Source: Octopus vulgaris
Taxonomy: Eukaryota
Direction of reading: 5' to 3'
NCBI GenBank assembly: GCA_951406725.2
Contig: OX597814.1
Location: forward strand, 63,364,001-63,428,000
Length of the DNA: 64,000 nt
The notes under the pieces: generated by a model
Databases searched by the model: none
What the model saw: only the letters and a program-made list of their open reading frames with translations
Told to the model about the DNA's origin: nothing
In this document: piece after piece, positions 52,201 through 64,000 of the stretch
Numbering within the stretch: the stretch's first letter is position 1
Layout: each line of letters begins with the position of its first letter
Position numbers and translations under genes: made by a program

Positions 52201-54953
52201 ATGCATTTAAGATAATAGTATGTAACTTTCTATAAACTTTATAATACATGCGACTAAGCTATATACTAGGTAGTAGAACATGTTTAAACCGACCAAATTT
52301 GAATGTTCTGAAAACTAAGTCTGTAATGTTTATCACAACCGATCGCGTTTATAGTCTCTTTTGTCTCATATGATATGTTTATAATACTGCATTCGTGCTG
52401 CATTTAGCGGAGTTGAAAGTTATATGTCGAAATGCGACTATTTCGAATCTTTTTATTAGTAACCAACCATTTCTACGGACAAAAATCGCTTAGTTTATTT
52501 TATCTAGTCACATTCCCACTATGTAATTAATGAACATTTAGCTGTCTGGTGCTAATTCCAAGCATTTCGGTGGAACTTTTGCTGAAATTCCATTTTTCCT
52601 TATTTAGACCATTCTGAATACTGATACTACATACATAATAGGAGTTTAAGAAATAGATGCTATTAATTTGCTAAGAAATGATAAAATAAATTCTACCTTA
52701 TAAATAATCTTTAAAGGCTATGAAAATATGTTCATTCATTCTCTGATAGGGTGGGGAATTTATTTTAGTACCAATGAATAATTTTAAGTGCATATATACC
52801 AGTGCTGCTTCATCTCGATAAAGAAAATCTATGAATTGTTACGTTCACAACAATTTATGTGCGCTAATAATATTGAATCACAGTTTTAGTTCGAAAGCCT
52901 AAATCATTTTTGCCTCATAAGTTTCAAAGTGTTCGAACAGTTTGAAATTTGAATGTGAGTGAAACATTATCCACCCCTATTCAACAGTATTTCTCTCAGA
53001 AGAAAATGCGAATGGGAGTAAACAATGCATAATACGGTTTTACCTTGACTTACATTAAGATTTGTGTGGTGTTACAATTGTTTTTGAGTTCAGTGTTCAC
53101 CTATTTTTATTAATACGTTTGGTTTCACATCATGCCAAAAGGTAATAAAAGAATTTCGTTTGACAACATCATAAATAAAATTAAAACATAACACTAATAA
53201 AGTAATTTATACTAATTCTTTGTTTTATAAAAATGCCTCAAATTAAATGAAATAAAATCACAAAAGGTGAAAGTATATAACGGAGGGGATGCAACGAAGC
53301 GTGTGTTGAATTGGGGGAAAATATAGCACGTAGATTTCTTACAATTTTAATATCAGCTTGGCTTGAGTAAGTTTCTTTACTACAAATGTCTCCATAATTG
53401 AGAATGTTATTTTAAAGAATATAACATTCTGGTCTATCAACCTCAACGATGGGGAGAATATCCTCACGGCAGCAGAAATATATTATGAATATATAATATA
53501 AAGAAGAGAAGGAGAGATTAGTAGTTTTGTAAAATTAGATTCTTATTGTTCTTGATAATAGGCAGCAATTTGGTATAAACGTTTGCGCCTTGGACAAAAT
53601 GCTTAACTTTTCTTCCGACTTTTTATGTTCGGAGATATAATCTCACTGATGCCAACTTTGTCTTTCTGGGTCGATAAAATGAAATACCATGCAAGTAAAA
53701 GGGTCTATGAAACAGTCTAGCCTCTTCCCTCAAACCTTCTGACCTTAATTTCTGACCTTAATTCTTCATTTGAAAGAATTATTGTTCTTAACATCAATGA
53801 AATGTTTAAAAGTAATATTTCTATAAGGATAGCATCTTAAAACTTACTACAAGTTTTGAGTACTTAGCATTTCAGAATTCTTGATAAAATTATGGGCACT
53901 ATTCAGTATCATCGATTCTAGTACAAAAGTAGTACATTATTATATTTATACTCGATGTATGAAGGGCAAAGTTCATTTCAGCAGGATTTGAACTCAAAAT
54001 GTAAACTGTCGGAAAATTACTGTAAAGTAGTTTCTTTCAAAGGCTCGAGGCATTCTTCTAAATTGTCACTCAAAGATGGAACGCAAAGTTGACTTGGGCG
54101 GGATGCCTGAAGCGTAATGAATAAACATATATTACGGTAAATAACAATAATCAGAATAATGATCCATAGACGTTTTAAAACAGGAGGTTGAAACGGATTC
54201 CAGCTACTTACTCATCGATTTGTTCTATTTGGCAGATATATAGGTAATCTATCATTGAAAATATCAAAAAGGTGCAACTGAATACGGTAAGATATCATAA
54301 CTTCAGAAACTATAAAATTATACAAAGGCAAAAACCAGGCACAACTAAAGAAAAATAGCAAGGGAGCCTTCTGAGAGATGCTAGAAATAGAAAAACATTC
54401 GCGTGACAGCTATAACGTACTATCTTGAAAAAGCTAAGTCATAGCTCTCCTGGATGTGTAATGAGGATTGTGATAAAGTGTTATAATGGTGATGAAATCG
54501 ACCAAAGAACAAAGAGGAAAAAATGAAAAGAAAACTAGTTTGCATTTTGCTGATTATTTAGCACCAAGTCAGATATTGGGATTGTGAATGAGCAGGACAA
54601 TGAGAATATTGTTTTTTTTTATTTTCTCGGTGTATATGAAGTTATTCCTAAACTTTGAAGAAGAGAAGAAAATACGGTTGTTCTTTCTAGCATGTCTACG
54701 TACAGCTTTCAGCCTCAGCTCCTATGCCTTACAAATGATATTTAGTTTGGCACATGTACAAAATTGATATAAACTAAACGAAGTACGTATATGATATATT
54801 TCTATGTGCATTCTCAAGATCACAGAGTTTTGTGCGATGGCACTTATCAGATTAGTGTGATAAGTGCCAACGCACGAAACTGTCGGACCTTCAGCTACTC
54901 AGTTACTACTCAGTCACACACACACACAAACACACGCGACACACACACACGCG

Positions 54954-54984
<31 letters not shown>

Positions 54985-55286
54985 TGTTGTTGTTGCTGTT
55001 GTTTGTTCCTTCTCGGGTCACGCCTGGCTCATAGGGCCGGTTTCCTGGTTTCCTTGGCGTATAGGTTCCCGACCTGAACGGGACGCCGGACGGTCGCAGA
55101 TGAGCTGCAAGATGTAAGAGGAATGAGTGAGAGAAAGTTGTGGCGAAAGTGTCAGCAGAATTTCTGCCGGAGCCGCGTGGAGCTTAGGTGTTTCGCTCAT
55201 AAACACACATATCGCTCGATCTGAGATTCGAACCCGCGGTCCCTCGACCTCCACTCCGCTGTTCTAACCACTAGCCCATGTGCCTC

Positions 55287-55288
<2 letters not shown>
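54985..55288 (-). mobile_element. tRNA-derived SINE sharing head/body with 29665-30037 but a different tail
   Basis: Minus strand reads GGAGGCACATGGGCTAGTGG..GGTTCGAATC..GAGCGAAACACCTAAGCTCCACG..CCACAACTTTCTCTCACTC, then an unrelated tail ending in (CAA)n. Confidence 0.8.
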
Positions 55289-55363
<75 letters not shown>

Positions 55364-55948
55364 TGTGTGTGTGTGTGCGCGCGCGCGTGTGTGTGCATGT
55401 ATTATTTATATGTATGCATATACATATGTGTGAATATATATATATATATATATATATGTACATAATTGAAAAGTTTGGAGTCAACGAGAAGGAGTACGGT
55501 TGGACATTTATTTTCAATCACTACAATTCGCAGCGTTGTTCTCCAGGCCTGCACACCTTGATTATCTCACTGGCCACTACTGACTGCAGGCCATGACAGA
55601 GAGGAATTTTACCTAACGGAGACAATATTTACATATCGCCTGATGAAACACAAATAGATCTCGTAACGCAGAGAAACGATTGCATAATCAAATACCTGTA
55701 CGCTTGGAAAACTACGTTGCGTAGATACAATGGTAGCGATTGAAAATAAACGTCCAATTGTATTCCCTCTTGCTGGCTCCAATTGTTTCAAATATCTATT
55801 CACACACGACAGAAACCCAAACGCAAACCTGGAAGTACAAATAATAATATTACTGGATAGAATAAGGGGAAATCTGAAGGAGGAGGAAATTTATACTGTA
55901 CTCTTCTACGTATATATTTATATATATACGTATGTTTATATACACACA

Positions 55949-55989
<41 letters not shown>

Positions 55990-56754
55990 ATATGTATATG
56001 TATATATATATATGTGTGTATGTATATATACATGTCTATATCTATCTATCTATCTATCTATCTATATCTATATATATATATGTATATATAGGCATGATAT
56101 ATATATACGTATGATATGTATATGTATACATGTATCATATATCTTGCACTTATTTCAGTCATTTGAATGCGGCTACTCTGGGGCACTGTTGTGAAGAATT
56201 TTCGTAGAACAAAATGACCACAGTACTTATATTTAAGACTAGTACTATGTGTCTGTTTTGTTGGAACACCAAATTACGAGGATGTAACCGTTTGTCATGC
56301 GCTGGTAGCTGAAAAACACTAACACAAAGACACACACATAAGTATACATATATATACAGCGGAGTTCTATCAGTTTCTGTCTACCAAATTCACTATAGTA
56401 GAATACTCTTGTCTTAGATTGCACGTCTTAAGACTTGGCTGGGAAGACTTGGTTCGGAAACCATCTTCATGCCACACACCTGAGACTATACATATGGGTA
56501 TACATACATATACACATACATACATACATACATACATACATACATACAAATATATATATGTATGTATATATATATATATATGTGTGTATGTATATATGTA
56601 TATATGTATATATATATACATACATATATATATGAGTATATATATGTATATATGTATATAAATGTTTATATATACATATATATATTTGTAAGTATATATA
56701 TATGTTTATATACCTATATATGTGTATATATATATGTATACATATATATATGTT

Positions 56755-56787
<33 letters not shown>

Positions 56788-56794
56788 TGTATGT

Positions 56795-56863
<69 letters not shown>

Positions 56864-57467
56864 AAAGCAGCAGAAAATTCAACAAAGGCTGAGTTTCACG
56901 TTCCCGTTCGTCGGACAGTTTTCTTTTCTAGCAAAAACTGCGTACTGTAGTCAACCGGGTCACTATCTCTCTTTCACATAACCTCTATTTTCCGTTTCAT
57001 TCATTATGTTGAACCATTAATCCTTACACGTATTCTTTCACACTTCATGTTTTTTTTCCCTTCCGTCCTCTCTCCATTTTTCTCCTCTCAACCCTTTCCA
57101 TCGAGCGTATGCTCGAAACGTCACATTCTTTTCTATAATCCCCGAGCGTAACACTAATAAATCTGTATATTGTTCCCTCACCTATCTTATTCAAAGTGAA
57201 GTTGTAAGGTACCACACGAGTGGAAATATACATGAAAGAAGGTTTGAAAATGCAATTTTAACGATGTTTATTCACTTGACCGATTTCACTTTATTAGAAA
57301 AAGAGTGTCAAAAGTAAAATGTAAAGCTTTGTATAAGCTTTGTTGTGGTAAGTGCTGGCTGTCACAAAAGTATTAAAATACATATATACATTCTTGGATA
57401 ACTATAAGAAAATGTTGAAAACAATTTACAAGAATGTATTTAAGAAAATATTCAACAAAAGGTATTA

Positions 57468-57707
57468 GGAATTCAATAAAAATCATGTTTGTTTGGTAGT
57501 TTATATATACACAGAAGGAGATATATTTAAGAGTTTACAAAAAAAATGAGAGGAACCAACCTGTCTTCCTAGCAATTTTGTTTTCTGACAAATCAAAAAA
57601 TGTTAGGAAGACAGGTTTGTTCCTCTCAAATTCTTTGTAAACTCTTAAACATATCTCCTTCTGTGTATACATATACTACCAAGCAAACATGATTTTTATT
57701 GAACTCC
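57468..57707. repeat. Imperfect inverted repeat, arms of about 105 bp
   Basis: ttcaataaaaatcatgtttg..cctgtcttcctagca mirrored by tgttaggaagacagg..caaacatgatttttattgaa. Confidence 0.9.
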
Positions 57708-58159
57708 AAAATGAATAATCACAAATAATGATTTATTGAATATAAAATATATTCCATGAGATTAGGCATCAACTGCATCTCTAAACTACAGTTTTATGTC
57801 ACATTCTATTTCATAAGTTACAATTTGGATTATTCATCTATCTTGATTATCTATCACTGAGACAGACGTAAGGAATGTGAAATTAAAAAAAATGCCAACA
57901 GCTTTCTTGTTGATTGTCCTTCATTTACAATGTTCTCCCTAAACTATCTAATATTAGTATACTGTCCCTACATCTCTCTATCGTATCTTGTTGCACAGGG
58001 AGCTTAATGCAGACTTTTTCAAGAACCAAAACCATCAACAGTAACTTGGGCATCTGGCGCATCTATTTCCACTACACTCTCTCTCTCACACACGCATAGA
58101 CCTACACATAGTATTATATATCTCATATATATATATATATATTTAAAAAAAATTTTTTA

Positions 58160-58372
58160 TTTATCTAGTGGCCATGCTAGGGCACCGCCATTTGGTGTTG
58201 CTACATGATTTTACTTCACGGATGCTTTTTAGCAATTGCCATTTGGTGCATGAGAGAGTTCGATGCAGCTGCCCTCATCTGCACCTCCTGCCGTGAAGTT
58301 GGTTCACCTGGGATACCTGACAAGAAGAGATCCAGTTTCATTTTAAAGACATCTGCATCCACCCCATGCATA
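58160..58372 (-). mobile_element. Possible 3' end of a CR1/L2-type LINE
   Basis: HGVDADVFKMKLDLFLSGIP.EP resembles the FKxxLDxFLxxxPDxP C-terminus of CR1-group ORF2; bounded by microsatellites. Confidence 0.4.
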
Positions 58373-59566
58373 TATATATGTGCGTGTGTGTGAGTGTGTG
58401 TGTGTGTGTGTTTATGTGTGTGTGTGTATGTGTGTGTGTGTGTGTATTTATAGGTCACTATGATCGTATATGTGTTCCTGTTAGCCATTGAGGCTTTTCA
58501 TCCCTGGTGTCCAATGCTGCTATTCTCATATGAGTTTTTGTGTCCATATATGCTGATGTGTAATTGGTCGGGTATACTGCTTTTTTTTCTACACTTGATG
58601 TATACCAAAGAATATTGAAGAAAATAGACCTTACTCGGAGAGAGGAATAAGCGAATGTTGAGGATATGCAATAATATTCAGTACTCGGATTTGCAATAAT
58701 TTGTTACCAGTCGATCCTAAATACAAAGTACTGCAAATATTTCCATTCACCTAATTCAAGCATTCTATTGTTGCACATAGGCAATTATTTTTGGAATGCT
58801 CCACCTTCAGAAGTGAGCTTGAAAATACAGTGATGTAAAACAGGTAGCAATTATTTCATATGAGTATTTTGTCTCGACGCCGTGAAAACTGTTATTCTTG
58901 TATCGAATGTGATCTAGTCACTGAGTGATATTTTCTGAAAGTGGTGTTACAAAAGGAAATGGTTCCAAGACAGTATACTGACACACAGACACACATTCTT
59001 TAGAGTTTCCTACTATAGCGTTAGCTCCAACAGGTTCAGTTATGTCCCTGCAATACATACGTTCATTCATACATACATACATACATTCATACTTGCATAC
59101 AAACATACATACATACACATGTATACATTTAATATATATACATATATACATATTCTTGCTTTGGATTGTTTCAGTCATTTGACTGCGGCCATCGTAGAGC
59201 GCCCTCTTTAGTCGAACGAATGGACGAAGGACTTATTCTTTGTAAGCCTGGTACTTATTCTAGCGGTCACTTTTACCGAACCGCTATGTTACGGGGTCAT
59301 AAACACATCAATATCCGTTGTCAAGCGATGGTGGTAGGGCAAACACATACATACATATATGAATATATATATATACACATATATGCGACGGGCTTCTTTC
59401 AGTTTCCGTTTACCAAATTCATTAACAAGGCTTTGTCGGCCCGGGGTTATAGAAGACACATGCCTAAGGTGTCATGAAGTGGCACTGAACCCGGAACCGT
59501 TTGGGAAGCAAACTTCTGGCCTCACATCCACTCCTGCGCCTATATAGCCACTCCTTCGCCGATATG

Positions 59567-59646
<80 letters not shown>

Positions 59647-59830
59647 TTATATATGTACATACATATCTCTATGAATTTATAAATATGTTATACGTCTGTA
59701 TACATATGTACATATATATGTATGTATATATAGATAGATATATATATTTACGTATACATATATACATATTTATATATACATATATGTTACCTATTTATAA
59801 ATACATCCATACGTATACATATATATATAC

Positions 59831-59887
<57 letters not shown>

Positions 59888-59893
59888 TATACA

Positions 59894-59931
<38 letters not shown>

Positions 59932-60091
59932 TGAGTATATGAATTTTAACGCGCGCGTTGTGTCTGTGTATGCATTTAAGTAAATCATTACGTTTTCACT
60001 GCATGCACATTTATTTTCACGCATGCACATTTATTGTGTTACATACATACACATAAATATCAATATTAGCAGACACACACACACACACTCT

Positions 60092-60135
<44 letters not shown>

Positions 60136-60397
60136 TTCTCATCCTCTCTTCCCCGTGTCTCTCCTTTTCTTTCTCTCTTTATATATATATATTTATCTGT
60201 CTATGTCTTCCTTTGTCTCTCTCATAAAAATACATGTATGTAAGCATATATGAGTTCATTGACAGCTCCCCTTATATGTTTATAATTTAATCAACAAATA
60301 TATTATCATTATACAGGCGTACATTGAAACACTGATATTATTGTTTTTTATTAAACATACATATGCCTACATTTCTACACCTTCACATAACATATAC

Positions 60398-60437
<40 letters not shown>

Positions 60438-61242
60438 CTGTGTGTGCATGCATGTGTGGATGATTTTACCAACATTTATGCATTTCAATCGCTGCCTTTC
60501 TCAAATATGCTTTTTCTTGTACGAAAGAACACCAAAAGGGTAATAAAACTGCGACTAACATTTGTCTGAGATCGATTGATATATTTTTGAATAATCGGTA
60601 ATATAAGTATGTTCAGTTATTTCTTATGTATTTTATTTATCTATTACTTTGTTTTTTTTTTCTTAATCGACAATTTCGTTAACTCATTAAACTATCTATA
60701 TACCTATTACGGTTTTCTGTTTTTAATTTTGTCTTTTACTGCATTACCATTATAATTGTACTTATCCTTTTGCTTTATAGGACATCCAAGGAAAACGATG
60801 CAATATCAAATATTTTAATATTACATTGCGCTGATAATGTTACATAACTTCCCAAAAATCATCGTGAAAGCTTGCGAAACTGGCCACGTCTTCAGTTGCT
60901 TTCAGGTTTTCTTGAATGGATTGAATGTAGCTAGACGTGTAATCGTTGAAATATTGTATGAAAACGACTTCTTTGGTGACTGCATGAAATATATATTGGG
61001 ATACAGGTAATATGGTAACGTCTTAGCAATGTTATCCGGTAAGATAATCGGATAGAAAATTTATATTAGATACTATAAATAATATAAAATATATAATACA
61101 ATCATCTGTATCAGTTGTTAGAACCATGGTTAGGCAAAGGTTGTGAAAATATAATTAATTTTGACTACAATAGTATTAAAGTACTCTATGCTACATAGAT
61201 CAGCTTATTAGATCACTCTATCAAAACCAAGCGGCTACAGTA

Positions 61243-62190
61243 CGGACACCACATGGCGACACTGATTGGTTTGAGATTGGAAAAGGCACTCGGCAAGGTT
61301 GCATCCTATCACCAGCAGCTTTCAACATGTACGCTGAAAAGGTCATGAGGATTGCAGGCCTGGAGGATAGCGGCATTGGAGTGAGGATTGGAGGAAGAAA
61401 TATTAATAACCTTCGCTATGCAGATGATACAACCCTGCTGGCGGAGAGGGATAAGAATACGGAGGATCTTGTCCTGTTGGTCAAGAGGTTGAGTGAGAAA
61501 TTTGGGCTGTACTTCAATGTTAAGAAAAAGAAGATCATGTCAACAGCAGCCACAACAAACATCAGCATCAAGATCGATAATGAAGAGATTGAAGTGGTTG
61601 ATGATTTCATCTTCATTGGCTCCAAAATAAATCGAGATGGTGACTGCACTCTAGAAATAAGACGGCGGATAGTACTAGGCAGAGAGGCAATGGTCAGCAT
61701 GAGCAGGGTCTGGAAAAGTAGAAACATCAGACTCACTACCAAATGCAGATTGGTGAATGCAATTGTATTCCCAATAGCAACATATGGATGCGAGACCTGG
61801 ATACTAAAGAAAGCTGACCAGAAGAGAATTAATGCATTCTAGCTTTGGTGTTGGAGAAAACCTTTACGGATTCCATGGACAGCGAGGCTCACCAATGGAG
61901 AAGTTCTTAAGCAGATAATGCCGCTAGAAGCTAGGATCACCAAGCATAGATTGGCATATTTCGGTCATATTATGTGGAGAAAGTCCCTGGAGAAGGACAT
62001 CATGCTCGGAATGGTCAGTGGCAAGAGAGGAAGAGGCCGACCAAGAACCCACTGGCTTGCACCATCAAGAGTGATACCGGAATGGACATAGCTGATCTGA
62101 AAGAAGTGGCCCAGAATAGAACTGACTGGAGGGCACTGATCCAAATAGTGACTGAGAGTCGACTTCGACTGAGCGGATAGAGAGAGATGC
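61243..62190 (+). mobile_element. 5'-truncated RTE-clade (BovB-like) LINE
   Basis: RQGCILSP, GVRIGGRNINNLRYADDTTLLA, TKCRLVNAIVFPIATYGCETW, WCWRKPLRIPWT. Premature stop at 61840 and frameshifts. Confidence 0.9.
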
Positions 62191-63666
62191 TACATAAAGA
62201 TAACACTGTGTAACAAAATTTTATTTATTTACTTTGTGTGTTTTTGGTCATTAAGTGTTATTTCCTATTACCGTCTATCTAAAGATCAAAGGAAATACTA
62301 TCATTCCCTTCAAACTTTGCTTTGGGACCTGAGCATCAATGTTTTGACACTGACCTATTTTTTATTACATTTCAGACAGACGCAGCGCTGAGTTGATCAA
62401 GCAGAAATATCATAGCAAATATTCTGCTTAGTACCAATAATTTGCTTTTCAGTTGCTTGATCTTAACCGGTTGAATATGCCTCTTAGTGGCTGACATCTA
62501 TGATCATAGGTGGGAGTAGTTGGAGTGACACAGCCATATGACGAGGTAGCTTCTTTGGGTTTTAAGTAAATCTAACAAAATCAAACTTTGAAGGAATCGT
62601 TAGCCATTTTTATATAAACCGTAAGTTTATATAGATATTCTGTTGTGTCTGCGGAGAGTCATTTTCTTTTTGTGCGCATTCAGGAAAGATCTATAGATTC
62701 AGTTAAAAGAATAAAAATTATTCGTATAGAACGTGGGAATTTGATTCTTAGCGTGTATATTATCTGATTTCCAACAATTTCATACAGCAGAGATTAAACC
62801 ATATCCATCATTATCAAACGGCTTAGCAATAATCCATGTTATATGAAAATCAACTTTTTTGGTTTTTAAACTTGCTACGCGATTCAACTAATTATATTAT
62901 GATATGTGTGTGTGTGTATTTGAGTGTCTGTGCCTGTGCGTGTAAATATATATCCATCCATCCATATATATGTATGTATACATACTAAAATACTCATGCA
63001 TACACACACTCAAATACACTTACACATGTGTCTGTATGCGTGTGTGCATGTGTAAATGAGAACTTTTGATCGATTCATACGCTGTTATTATTTTCTTCTC
63101 TCCTTTCTAATTTCTAGTGAGTTTTATTCACCTACTCAAATATATCGACATCAATGCCGAGCAAAAGATGGACTCTTTCCTTATGTGTGCCTTCAGCTAT
63201 GTACTAGTTATTATAACAGACGTTGATGACTCTTCCATATTCAAACTTCTTTCATGAATACTAACTATCAAGATCAATACATATCTTAAAACCTTGGTTG
63301 AGGCTTAATATATCTCATCTTCGCGGTGTTAAATACGCAGAAGTTCGATAGATTTCGAGGAAAGAAAAGTAAGAAAAAGAATAATTAGTGTAACATTTCA
63401 CACGAGTCGCATTCGTAAATCTGAGCAAATTTGAATAAGCAGAAAATAAACAGAAATGGAAATGGCCGTCTCATCGCTGAGACAACGTATTTAAAGAACC
63501 AAGTTAAATAATATACATTGAAACTATAAGTGGAAATAAACTCTACCGGCCTATCTCGTAGACACAAAAACCAAATACAAACATATACGCGCACACATAC
63601 AAGAACATAAGAGCAGGCAGGTAAACACATACACAAATACACACACACACACATGCAGTCACACAA

Positions 63667-63699
<33 letters not shown>

Positions 63700-63778
63700 C
63701 ATACATAACACACAATCACACACTTTTGGTACGGTTCTTCATAGTTCACGTCATGTTAAAGTCGGATACATGTTAATG

Positions 63779-63846
<68 letters not shown>

Positions 63847-64000
63847 AATTTATCTATCTATATATGCATATATATGTATGCCTTTATTCAGGTTTATTTC
63901 AAAATTTCTTCCAATAGGGAAATAGCCGGTTTTTAATCTAGATCCAAGGCTACTTCATTGGAATTCCAACATCAACAACTGGATATTTTTTATGTATGTA

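Noticed and set aside
53140-53260. Cluster of AATAAA as the gene's poly(A) signal
   Set aside because: AATAAA is frequent by chance at this AT content; needs 3'-end data.

Overview
AT-rich, microsatellite-dense animal genomic DNA. The SINE/LINE families and (TA)n/(TAA)n density suggest a coleoid cephalopod such as Octopus (inference). The only host gene I can support is the 3' part of a + strand Cys-loop receptor: five coding exons at 12383-50085 that splice in frame to 434 aa. It is an alpha-type nicotinic acetylcholine receptor subunit (YPCC loop C) whose M1-M2 linker reads PPESPAK, the signature of molluscan anion-selective ACh receptors. Its N-terminal exons were not found and probably lie upstream of the window. 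Introns and flanks hold decayed retroelements (Dong/R4-like, Tx1-like, RTE, Penelope-like), a mariner remnant and several tRNA-derived SINE families. The most notable non-coding signal is a set of small elements embedded in (TA)n tracts. These carry minimal type I hammerhead ribozyme motifs with self-complementary stem III, inverted termini or long perfect hairpins. Nearly all ORF-track entries are microsatellite artefacts. TE boundaries are approximate; exon and hairpin coordinates were counted by hand.
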